A stretch of DNA of 64,000 nt, taken from the NCBI GenBank assembly GCA_010909165.1, contig VJWM01000135.1, positions 248,001-312,000 of the forward strand, in the 5' to 3' direction. Source of the stretch: Anthoceros angustus (Eukaryota; Plantae; Anthocerotophyta). This document shows, in pieces, positions 37,301-48,654 of the stretch. Position 1 is the first letter of the stretch. Each line of letters starts with the position of its first letter. A program made the translations under genes and the position numbers. The notes beneath the pieces are model-generated. The model was not told the DNA's origin, made no database searches, and worked only from the letters and a program-made list of their open reading frames with translations.

Positions 37301-37455
37301 TGCCATAGTGTGCGGGTCCGTTGTTCCTCCAGTCGGAGTATACTCGAGCCTCGTCCGGCGCTACCCCAATTTATTCCTCCTTTTCCTTATTTATCCTTCA
37401 ATCCTAAAAAAGCGAAACCCTACTTATTTCCTAACTCCCGGAAGTGCATATTACA
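31383..37455 (-). repeat. 5' LTR, about 6.07 kb, with an internal tandem duplication of about 1.61 kb
   Basis: Colinear with 20082-25741. The duplication anchor gttgtagctcggcgtgtccttc occurs at about 33337 and about 34947. Confidence 0.85.
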
Positions 37456-37814
37456 GTCTTAAGCCAATTTGTCGGCCTTGTATTTTCAAAACCCGACTTG
37501 CTCACACTTCTTCACAGTTTCACCGGCCTTGTTGCAAGGGAAAAGAGGGGCTGTCGAGGCCAAACAAAAGAAAAGTGCTAAAATTCTACCTATACCCCGG
37601 TGATGGGAAGGAAACAATCGAAAAAAGAAAGAAACAAGGCATCAGCGTCTGAAACAAATGCCACATGGAACCAAGAATGAGGCCAGCAAGAATCCTAGAA
37701 CTCTGCGGCCGCATTCACAATGGAAAGCAGGTGCGTCTAGCAAACAAAAGGTCACACAATTCCATCACACCGGTAACATCACATGGGTAAAATCAAGCAG
37801 TCATCACGAGCATT

Positions 37815-37950
37815 TCCGGCACACTTTGCACAATACGAGTTGCTCGAGAACGACTGCGGCGGAGGGTAAGGCAAAACAAATGAAAACCCCATTGCATCCG
37901 TCACGGAAGCATAAGCTCCTCATCATATCCTCCCACAAACGCACGGGTAG
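37815..37950 (-). CDS. PHD finger at the integrase C-terminus (frameshifted)
   Basis: Three-frame reconstruction gives DYPCVCG / GYDEELML / DGCNG / FHLFCLT / YCAKC, a C4-H-C3 pattern. Confidence 0.7.
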
Positions 37951-40789
37951 TCGCGGTGGAATCCAATTGTTATCACGTGGGTCCAAATTAGGTAAGTGGC
38001 GGGCGCACGGTTCTTGGTATGGTGCCGCAATAGTCCTACCATCGAGCCACGCAAAATCGGCACTCCATTGGGCCTAACTTCGCACCCTCGGCACATGTCT
38101 GCTGCTAGATGTCAAGGTGTCCACAGTTTGCCTTTGCAAGTATCGAAATCCCCAATCTGGAATTTCTTGACTTGGGCTGAATGACCACTGGTGTCGCATC
38201 AGTAAGGAATCCGGTCTTGAGCTATGTTGAGGTTGGCCATAGCCATTGGCATAACTGCCGAAATAGTGCCGCTCCCCAATCACTCGAGCCCATGGCGGGA
38301 TCATCAAGGCATACCACCTCCTGCATCTTCTTAGCTATTGTACTCGTGACCGGCTCACGACCAAAAGCAAGTAAGGGAGAAGTGTGCCAAGGCGCATGTT
38401 TACTCATGCGGTAGCCCATAGCGATGTAGGCGGCATGAGGTCCCAATCCTCCTTTTCCACGCTGCAAGCATAACTTTCAGCCCTTTTTGATGGTGCGGAC
38501 CATCCTTTCGACCGGCCATCGGCTGAGGATGGTCCCCTAGTCCGCACTGTGATCGATAAGCGCAACATCTAAAAGGTCACGAAATTCCCTCTAAACTCGA
38601 GCCACAGTCGTCGGGCACTCGGCACTACCGGCTAAGCACGTGTGCAAAAATGCAGGGCGTGCTTGAGGACTTATCGATAGAGCCACAACCTCCACCCATT
38701 TGGAGAAATGCTCCATCATGACAAGTATGTAGACATTGCCTCTCGGCGTCCTAGTCAATTCTCCAATGAGGTCGCAGGACCGGTGAAAGAACAAGCCCAT
38801 GATGGGCGAGGGTGGAGAACGGTCTTTGCATAGTAAAGGAGGCCTTGACTCGGTCACAAGGCTCACGAGCCACATTCTGCTTTTGGTTGTGCATCCCATA
38901 CCAATAAAAATGAGGTGTGAGCGGTAAGTCCGCTTCACACCAAAGTGACCATGTCGTGCACCACGACGTGTCAGTCGACCCTATCACGGTGGTGGCACCA
39001 AGCGCTCGACACCATTGCCCGACTTGCGAATCATGTAGCCATCACGCCAATAGTCTTTATTCGACCGACTGCTGCCTGTTCTTTTCCTGGGTCGGGCCTC
39101 GTCCATACGCCGTGCAAATCAAGAGCATTCACATCTTCCCAAATGTCCTTTGCATTAGGGTTTGAAGCAAACACAATCATCCAAGGCGGTCATGGCAACA
39201 AGGGCTGTTGCCGGCATGACATCGGCACCAATCTCCTCCTCATGGTCCCCTAGCCTCGGTGACATCACTGCACGTCCGGATTTCTAGATAGCATGTGCAT
39301 TTTGGTGTGTCACTCGGCTGCTCCACAAGGAAGTCATAATCTTGAAGTATCATGGCCCGTGAGCCGACTTCCCACTCAATTTTGTGTTAGTCATCAGCCA
39401 TTTCAATGGTGATGATCGATCACTAACAAGCTGACCATACAAATATGGGCGGAGTGGCAACGGCCCAAGCAGGCACTCCCCTCATAGCTGCATGGTGGCC
39501 TCCGCTCGGTTATTACTCCTCGAGGCATAGCGATCACGCGCTCCTTGCCCCGCTCATCCTCTTGTGCAAGCACCGCCCAAGTCCCGAACGGCTCAATCGG
39601 TGTGTAACACAAATGGCTTGCTAAAATCGGCCTAGCCATGAGGTGACCTGGTCAATTGCTCCTTCAACATGTCAAAAGCTTGCGCCAACTCATCCATGCC
39701 CATTCCACGTCTTTCCTCAACATGTCATTCAAGGGTTTCGCAATTGGTGAAATTCGAATGTAAACCATAATAGTTGCATAACCCAAGAAAGGCACGCAAG
39801 GTGACACGTTGGTGGGCTCCTTCACTGCAGGATATGTACCTTGGCTGAGTGGGGCATCACCCGTTAGCACGATTAGTGACCTAAATATGCCACGTGTTCA
39901 TTCCAAATTCACATTTGGACGGGTGACATGTGAGCTCTGCCTTCCTTAGCCTCTGAACAGCTCCTCTAAGTGTGCCGGTGATCCTCAAAGGCGATCTTGT
40001 GAACCGGCCGTCGTCGATATAGCACAACAAGTTGGCACATCCGGTAAAACGGATCCATCACCGAAAAGTGGCGGGTGCGTTCTTGAACCGAATGGCATCA
40101 CCAGCCATTCCACGGTATTGGGACCCGTGAAGCGCGGTCTTCTTGATGTCCTCTTACGGAATCGGTTAAAAACCCGAAGGTCCAAAGTAGAGAAGAAGAG
40201 GCGTAATCTTGTCAAATATCTCCTCGGGGTCGGCATTGGGTACCGATCCTGCGTGTGACGGCATTGATGGGACGATAGTCCCCACATCCGTTCTCCGTCC
40301 ACCCTTGGCATCCTTCTTTGCGGCATGACGATTCTTTGCGGACATAATCATTCTTTGGATAGCCGGATAAGCCACCTTCAAGAAGCTCACACACTAGCAT
40401 CGACCATCTCCCTCCGTCTTGCTCAACTGTGGCGCGGTAGATGGGCTCACTGGTCGAGTTGATCCGAAATCTGATCACATTGCGGCGCTTGAGGTCCTTC
40501 ATGGTAAAAAGCGATCCGATACTTGAGCGGGAGAGTGTGGATGCGTGTCTTACATCGTCATCCATCCCCATGCGCCACGGAAAGTCTCGGCATTTAGCTT
40601 AGGCTTTGCGGGACTGGATCATCTAGCTCTCTGGTGGAGGCGAAAAAGCAAGGGACGCCACGGACACACTCCACCCCACGCATCCGGCCCGAAGGCATGT
40701 ATGCATATCCGAGAAAAGGGAGATGAAGCTGCTGGACACATCTTGGCGATGGGCTCGTACCATATGCGCCAGCGTGGGTGAAAAGCCAA

Positions 40790-41645
40790 GCACTCACTAA
40801 CCACGTGAGTGCGTGAACATCCATGGCTCGCCTAGAAACACGCTTCTTGTTGGTGGTGTAACCGTAGAGGCTGGCATAGAATGGGAAAGCCCATAATGCG
40901 TTCGCTCCGGCCAGTGGGTTCCTCCCACTGCTGCGTGTTAATTCAGCAGCCCCTCGGCCCTATAATGAACACGGAAAGCTAACGGTGTGGCGGCTGCGAG
41001 GCGGCGGTGTGTTGGTTTTGAACCAAGGCGCCGCTCACGGCGTAACAAGCACGGCTGGTGATGATCCTCCGGCCGATTGAAGCTGCAAGGACGGGTCCCT
41101 GTGTGCCACGCAGCAGTCTCGCGGGGCGGACCAAGTTGGTCGATAATTCCTCCGGTGAGCAAAGCGCCCACAGGCCGCATCTAACGGGATGGGAGGCCCG
41201 GCATAATCTTGAACCAGCCATGTCCTGCACATGTGCTCTGCTCAAATTGCGCGGTGTATTCTCAAGGAGGTAAGCACCGCGGGTTGTATTCTTGAGCCCA
41301 TGTGAGGACTGATGTAGATCCACAGCGACCACGCGTGCATCTTGTAGACCACTCCATGCCCGGCTTGGGAGAACCCACAGCATTCCCAACAATCACCATA
41401 TCCACATTTCCCAAGGCACGAATGTGGCCTTCTTGAATGTAACGGACATCCTGCGGTAGGCGGTGAAAAGCATGATAGGCCTCCAAGGCGATTCTTTGTG
41501 GAAAACGCTCATGCGCCCTTGCGGCTGAACTGCGATCGTCTTTGTGACATCATTGTCACAATACGTATCGGCATGTGACGATCCGGTCATCAAGAGAGCC
41601 TCGGCCCGATGAGATCCGCCAAAGAGTTCTACCACCGTCAGTCCC
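40790..41645 (-). CDS. C5-cytosine DNA methyltransferase domain inside pol (frameshifted)
   Basis: Motif I VVELFGG (41635-41615); LPQDV; motif IV VDMVI.GWECCGFSQAG (catalytic Cys codon 41382-41380); GLQDAR; motif VI YLLENT (EN at 41263-41258); motif VIII LDAA..AHRR..TNL; motif IX ERIMGFP (about 40900); motif X LG.AMD (about 40825). The motifs are in canonical order and spacing. Confidence 0.88.
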
Positions 41646-44600
41646 AGACGATGGCGCCCATGTAATCACATTGTGATCCTCGATCTTGAGTGGGCTGGTT
41701 AACACTGAATCAACAAGTGCATCACTGGCACTCTGTCTCTTACATCTTTCAGCGTGAGCACCTGGATGATCGGGTTGTGCAAGGGCATGTTGCAAGCTGT
41801 GAGATCCATGGGAAGAATGGCGTCATCGGCTTCAAGATTGTGCATCGCTTTGGTTAGCATCTTGGACTAGCTTCCTGACATTGCAGGGGCTCCTTGCTAG
41901 CATGGCACACCACTAACGTGACGATCTCTGTGGCCGCTGCAAGTCAAGGGAATATGTGCTAGCCGTCCTCCTGCTGCCCGGTCGGAGATGAAACTGCTCG
42001 TCAATTATCCACTCCTCGCCGGTGGGAAAAGAAACTCCATCTAGCGCGGTGTAGTTTGTGGCCGTGGTCACCAAGCACGGAGACATGGTCATGGCATCCG
42101 ATGAGCCTGGATTCAATGTGATGTGCACAGGCTCCGAAGTCTCGCCACACACAGGCTCCACAGCCCCAGAGGCTGTGCGGATGTTCCATGGGGATTTGCG
42201 AAGTGCTTCTCCCTGCAAACCAAGCCGTCTTTGCCGGCTGCCTATAATATGGTGGCGCGATCCAACACCACCACAGGTGCAGTAGTTGTGATGACCCGTC
42301 CCTCTCGGTTGTCTACCACTGCGTTACTCACTCGCATTCGCAGCCTGTTGGTAGTGGATGCGTGGATATCAAACTGGAAATTGATCATGCGGGTCATTTG
42401 CAATGGAAGCATCCACGGGCTCCACTGAATTTACTAACGGTGATCCGGAAAGGAACAAGTCCCCGGACTGCAAATCTCCGGCACGAGCAGCGGGTGACTT
42501 CCTGTATCTGCAGATTCTTTGGAGACGTTCCCCATGCCCATGTCCCGCAAGGACATTAATGGTGCTGCAACAACCGTCTTTGCCCTGCTCATGTGTGACC
42601 AAAGGGGCATCATGTACAATTGCCCTAAGCGAGGGCTGCCTCATCTCTGTCTGCATTGGCTCTGTCTTTGTCACCGGAGTGAAGATGTATCCACCTGCGT
42701 AATGGGATGGCGGTTCAGTGTGAGGCATAAAGGATTGAGGCATTGCTGCCCTTGCTCCTCAGCTGGTGATGGGCCCCGCATTTGCTAACACGATGTCCGA
42801 GCCAAGAGATTAATGGCATGCCCAACCCATGTAGGTGGCACATCTTCCCTTAGCTTGTCACGAGGCAGCTCATCAACACCTCATGTGGGTGTCCATAATC
42901 TTCTCCATTGTTTCGCCACCGGCTCTGCGACCTGCGAGCTTAGCTCCACCAGCTTTACTGAGGCTGGTTGTAAGCGTGCCCACCTGTGCTGCCAAGGCAG
43001 CCACCGTGGCCTCCAGCGACGTCATCTTGTCCGCGTTTGCTGCAACCTTGGCTTTCGCTTTCTCCCTCTGTTGCTTGCTCTTAGAGTCCCCAGCTGCAGG
43101 AGTTGCTCCTGCTGTCTTGATGCTAGCTGTAGCATCTCCAGCTGATGCCGACTTCTGGTATCTCCTCTCGGGGTGAAGTTGAAAGCACACGGTGCTCACA
43201 TGACCATTCTTTTGACAATGAGTGCAAAAGAGGCCTTCAGGTGGGCACTTGCAATTGTGAGATGTGCTCGGGCGCCACAATGGTTGCACATGGTGGTGTA
43301 GCGTGGTGCGATCACTTCATTGCTCCTTGGTTGGCTTAGGCGGTGTAGTCCTTGAAGAAGTTCCCCGTGACCTTGCTTGAAAACATGCCTTGATAATGGT
43401 GGAAGGCCTTGGAATGCTTGGAGGAGAAGGCAGTAAGCAATCTCTTTCTTCTCCGCTTCCTCATGTACTGCTGCAAAGTATAGGCATCGCCATACTTATC
43501 CACAAGTGAGGACAACGTGGAAATGAAACGGTGATCACCCTCAAAAGTGAGGAATTTCTCCACGCTTCTTGGTGCAGTGAGCATGCAGGTCCCATCTCGC
43601 AGCTTTTGCGACCTCGGAAACACATGGGTCTCCCTTTCCCGTGCAAAGCTTGACTCATAATCTTCTCGGGAGTCTTGAGTGGAAAAGCCTTCTCGAGGAT
43701 CTTCATGAACTCTTCCACAGGTTGGCATATTTGGGGGTGTGTATGAATTCATCAATCCCTGCGTGGTTTGTCCTCTCTGGCCGTGAGAGGAGGCATCACG
43801 GTGGGTGGCGGCAAATGGCGGCGATGCTGCGATATACTGGTGTCACTTGACCCACTTGGCATTGTAGGCCATCTGCGGTGCCCTTGGAATAATGGATTGG
43901 ACGGCCGTAGTTGAGGTCACGCTTGGTGGGCTTCATACAAATCCGGGGCCTCATCGACCATGTATCTTGATAGTATTCGAACATGTAGAGGTGGTTATCG
44001 CGGCCCATGTTTGAACTTGACCCTACTAATTGCCTCATTGACTGACCTAAAATCCCTCAACGATTGTGTTCTGGCCCGAGAATTTCTCGCCACATTTGGC
44101 CCTCCTTCCATCGTGTCGAATCACGACGGGTCCTCTTGCCTGGGTCTTACATGATAAATGCGGGGCCGAGCCACGAGGAAAGGCCTAATCCCGCCCTCCA
44201 GCGGTGCACTCCCCCACACTGCGGCCCCTGCTCCTCCTTATCAGTCACACCGCACAAGGTGTAAGTGGGGACCAGCTAACCCTAACTGGTGCAAAGGATC
44301 CTTGTCCGGGCTCCTGTGCTGGTAGGTCCTCTAAGGACAAATCTTGCGTGGTGCCCTTCTCCTTCTCACGAAAACCACAGGCGCGTCCCTCGTTCAAGCG
44401 ATGCAGTGGGCTATCTCCCTCTTCACCGGTGGCATGCCCCATGTAATCAAGACGCTGCTGAGTCAAGGAAGCCAGCATCAATTGTCATGCGGAGGAAAAC
44501 CTTAGCTGCGAGAATGAAAACAAACGAACACGCCAATCACCTCGGATCCTCCCTCTGACCTCAAGCTTTTTCGATGCCTCACTCACACGAGAATCCTCAG

Positions 44601-45147
44601 CCTGTTCGACTCACTCCTCGTGCTCGTCTGTACAAGACCCAGCACCTACCCGCAAGAGAAGTGTTGGTGCACATAGCCAAATTCCCCAACTAAAACCCTT
44701 AGTGATCAACTTCTCCCGGGCATTCAGTCCACTGTTTCTCACTCGAAAGTAGACAAAAATGATACCAACGGATTCGTCTCAACGAGGCAAACAAGATGGT
44801 ATGCAAATTGAAAGCAGCCGACTCGTGTGGCGATCGCTATGAGCTCTGGACGGCCGTGGAAACTTGCTGCGGTTGAGACATGGGAGGACTCAAAAATTAT
44901 GAGAGGGCCTTGAGTTGTGCGGCCGCGGGCACACAGCTGGCCTGGAAAATCCCGCCCAGCACCCTTGGTAGTAAAAACAAGTCCTGCAGCAATCTGACCA
45001 TGCACGAAACCCTAGCAAAATGCACACCACGTCAAGCCCATAGCTGAAGCTGGGGTCAAACTGCAGAGCCGTAAGGGTGCAGACTCCTCCTGTGCTCCAG
45101 GCCAAGACAGAATCAAGTTGAATGCTTCTCGAAGCAGTTGTCAAAGT

Positions 45148-45652
45148 AGACAAGCACCAGCGCTCACATGTGCTGATGCTCACTTCCGGTTCAGAAAATT
45201 AAAAGGGGCTGCCCTACACGGGCTGCCTAGAGCTGATAAGTCCCGCGAACACTGCACATTACACACATTGCCACAATCTTTGAGCAGCGCATACACACAG
45301 TCTTTGCATTCTGACCTAGAAATTCGACAACAACAAAATTGCGTGTTCATTAGCGTTCCTCCTAGGGACTTGACAAGCGCCTTCCACAGCCTTGGTCTTG
45401 TGCTCGCAACCGCAACCACCTTGCGTCAGTGATAGGTGCACCACTCTTGGTGCCGGCATCTCTTGGATTGGAGTGATCATGTCCTTTCTCCCACGCGAGT
45501 GTGTGAGAGGGAGACCGCCCAAGCTTGGCCATTTTGCGGGTTATTTCCCGACTTTCTGTTTAAGGGCATTTAGTAATTATCGGTACCAACCAGTTAAACT
45601 AACAAAACCTACTTGCTAAGCCCTAGCTTCTAAGAGTTAGTTCCTAGCATCA
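45148..45652. repeat. Right part of the 0.7-kb LTR-like repeat, ending in ...TAGCATCA
   Basis: Matches about 15950-16500. Confidence 0.75.
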
Positions 45653-46009
45653 GTTTCACGTCAGCTATGGTTAGGGAGCTGGTCTTGCTGGGATACGTTA
45701 TTGAGGTGGACGGGGAAAGGCCAAACAGTCCTGCACATGTGGTCTGGTAAGCAGCGGGAGAGTTAAACATCTGACCTATATTGCAGGAAACCCACGATTT
45801 GACAAATTCCTTGTTCGCTTCATCCACCGGGCGCTTGCTAACGATACTGCTTGCTCGTGACAAGAGGGACGAAAACGGGAAGGTAGTGAGGAAATCTGGA
45901 CTAGCTCCTGGATCTTCTCGACCTACTGAACCCAACTAGAAGCTTAGAGGTGCAGCTTCCTTCCTGTCCATGCAAGTACTTTCTGTCAAGTTGTGCTAGA
46001 GGGAGTAGG

Positions 46010-46250
46010 AATAGTGAACTCCCTAAGCCCTAGGGCTCCAACATGTTTGTAGTATTTTGACTTGGGGAGACCCTTGGTTAATATATCAACTGTGTTGTTA
46101 TCTTTCAACCATTGATCGCGAGTTTGAAATTACTCGTAACATTATATAAATGGTCGCAAATTATAAGAGAATCAAAATGGTGAAGAGAACTACGGCTCAC
46201 TCAAGTTTCTTCCGTTTTGTCGAGCTCATTGAAGGCCGCGACCATTGTAT
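46010..46250 (-). mobile_element. Possible Ty1/Copia RNase H C-terminal relic
   Basis: NTVDILTKGLPKSKYYKHVGALGL resembles the Copia ADIFTKGL...LG ending. This is a single motif only. Confidence 0.35.
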
Positions 46251-47629
46251 TGCGGAGGTCATAGCTCCTTTCAACGCAACGTTAAGGCAACGATTCAAAC
46301 CCATGAAACCCAAAACCCAAGCATGCGTGAACGTCCTCGTAAACCAAAACGGCGAAGGAATGATGCATAGGCTACGACCACAGCTGTTGGATGCTTACGC
46401 AAGTGCTTGATGAGGCAGGAGTTTGGGATTATGAAGATGCCAAGTCCATGGGCAAGAACAATGGTTTTGATGACCCAGAAGTGGAGTGCATATGGAACTT
46501 AGAAGTGGTTATACATGGAGTGTAGGCTCAAGGCCCAGATGAGTTACAGATTGGTCACCATGAGGGACCATTCGCGGCATAGCCGCTTGCATGTGCTCGT
46601 TTTAAAGTTAACCGTTTTTGTCCCAATCGTTGTGGACGCCGCCATGTCGGCATTCTAACACAACCTTCAGTTTTGTTTCTTTCCAAAGTAGAACCATATC
46701 TAGTTTTGATGAATTTATTAAATGGTATCCATGAATACATCACGGAGGGCGCTGGCCGGCCGGCGCCCTAGACAGGCTCTCTATCATGTCAATGGAAAGA
46801 CTGCAGACTCTCTGTTTGTGGATAGAATAACAAGGGTAATGTCATTTTGAAGAATGGGCTAAAACCCTCTTTTAAGGTCAGTGTCGATTTTGTGAAGGAG
46901 GTCCAAAAGCAAAAAAAGGGGGTTCGTATATTAACCTCCTTTCAGAATTATGGTGGAACAAATGTGTAATTTATGAATGATGTTGGATTCAATATCTGCT
47001 GAGGCACCGGATGAGTCACAACGTAGCCCCCGTCATATTCCTCCATTCTAAAGTAGACAGACTCAATTAAACATTGGATTGACGGTGAAAGGTCCATTTT
47101 TTTGGTGGTATAGAAAGTTCGCTAGCAGTTCCCCACAATGTAGTATAAGGCTTGAGTTTTGTGATAGACCGCGCCTACCTGGTCAAGGCGCCTTGATGGG
47201 TCATTGTAGTGGAGGCAACTGGTAAACATTTGGTGTGTAAGTGTATGTGCCCCAGGAATGGGGGTGATATTTTGAACATGACATAAAAAGGCTATTTTCG
47301 GACCGGGCAGTGTTTGGTCAGGAGGGTCCAACCCAAAAAGAGAGGGTTTGTACATTCCCCTTGCAAAATTATTGTGTTTAGTTTGGATTCATGACGACAC
47401 CGGTCGGCCGGCGCCCTGTTTTGGTCTATAGGGGGGGTTACTGCTATAAATTATACCTTTTACCGAATATTTGGACTTATGAAGGGCATGCTGATTTTCA
47501 TAACTAGGCAGTTCCGGCACCTCGAAGAGGGTGTCAAATCCGTCAAGGGGGTTTTGTTTCTACCGAAGGGGGTTTGTATATTCCCCCTCTTGTAAAAGGA
47601 GGTAACAGCTCCTTGGCGCCCAAAGGGTC

Positions 47630-48320
47630 TGTGGCGCTACTTTTGCTGACGGCCAGCCGGGCGTGCACCGGACCCGTGTTGTTGTAATATGGGGTCCGTT
47701 CCCAAGGGAATGATTGTTCCGCTTGCCCACGTTTTTCTACTCGATACACCTCCATTGTCGATGCACGATCACTTATTCACGGTCACCGCACACGACCCTA
47801 CGTGCCCCCTCACGCAGACTTTGGTTAAGAACCCACTCCCGTTACGTCACACTGATTCCTCACCGTATAGGCCCGGTATGGCCAAACGTTTAAGGACCCG
47901 TTCTCGTCCGAAAACTCCTTTCTCCCTTCACTTACCGCACTCACTCCGTCTCTCCTACCACCCTTGTCCGCACCCAAGGTGCCTAGTTGAAGTCACGGTC
48001 GGGTGTGTATATGCTGCAGGCCTCCGTGTCGCGTCCACCAGGTCGTCCCGTCCAGGCTCTACACGCCTTTCTTGGAGTCTGGCTAGCCTCATCTGCTCCG
48101 ATCTGCCGGCCGTCGAGCTCTTGCCCTGAAAGAGCAAGGGTCCCGAGTCCTCCGCACCTGCACTCACCACCACACGTTAGGGTCCGTCACCAGGACCTGG
48201 ATCAGTCTCTCCGGAGTAGTCCGCCCGCTCAGTGACTCGGGACTCTCGTTAACACTCGACACACAAGGGTCTGCAAATGTAACGCGACATCAACCCCAAA
48301 AGAAAGATCGCTTTACTAGA
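47630..48320 (-). mobile_element. Diverged, truncated LTR fragment related to the long-LTR Gypsy family
   Basis: Starts tgtggcgctacttttg, like 31383 and 20082. Shares gtccgttcccaagggaatgat, cggtatggccaa and ...gctttactag with those LTR ends. Confidence 0.75.
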
Positions 48321-48577
48321 ATGACAATCTCCCTCTTATACTACGTCATGAGGGAGCGCTTGTCCACAAGGTCCCCATGGTTTGGTCTACCCCACAAGAC
48401 ATCTTCAGCAAGCTGGTTTCGACCGTGTTCGTGACCACCAAGACTCAACAACAATGCCATCTTCCTTCTCTTCCATCTTCCTTCCTTGACACCCTCACTC
48501 ATAGCTGCACCAGCCGCACCACATCCACACCGCACTGCACCGCACCGCACTGCGTGCACTCAGCTTGCACCGGACCG

Positions 48578-48654
48578 CCCGCACCCGCACCCGCACCCGC
48601 ACCCGCACCCGCACCCGCACCCGCATCCATACCCGCACCCGCACCTACACCTAC
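48578..48654. repeat. (CCCGCA)n hexanucleotide microsatellite
   Basis: About 12 imperfect units, with degenerate CCGCAC units just upstream. Confidence 0.9.

Larger units (their letters stand above)
20082..37455 (-). mobile_element. Non-chromoviral Ty3/Gypsy LTR retrotransposon (Athila/Tat-like PBS) with very long LTRs
   Basis: 5' LTR 37455-31383 (TGTAAT...CCACA) and 3' LTR 25741-20082. PBS-like TGGCGCTGCCGGGA at 31379-31366 and PPT GAGAAGGGAGTA at about 25753-25742. Frameshifted gag-PR-RT-RH-INT lies between the LTRs. No matching TSD was seen. Confidence 0.85.
37600..45652 (-). mobile_element. Ty3/Gypsy retrotransposon with order gag-PR-DNMT-RT-RH-INT-PHD; outer boundaries uncertain
   Basis: gag knuckle CTHCQKNGHVSTVC at about 43230; protease-like region at about 42450-41950; C5-MTase at 41645-40790; RT GDYRPIN, MPFG and CYIDD at about 40280-40010; RNase H AVLAQEDERGKERVIA at about 39570; integrase HGHFGVKRT and YILVMMEHFSKWVEVV at about 38950-38690; PHD at about 37950-37815. 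A possible Met PBS TGGTATCA lies at 44767-44760. Confidence 0.85.

Noticed and set aside
19740-37455. DIRS-like element suggested by inverted terminal segments
   Set aside because: The element has a DDE integrase, PBS, PPT and direct LTRs, and no tyrosine recombinase. The inversion is local.
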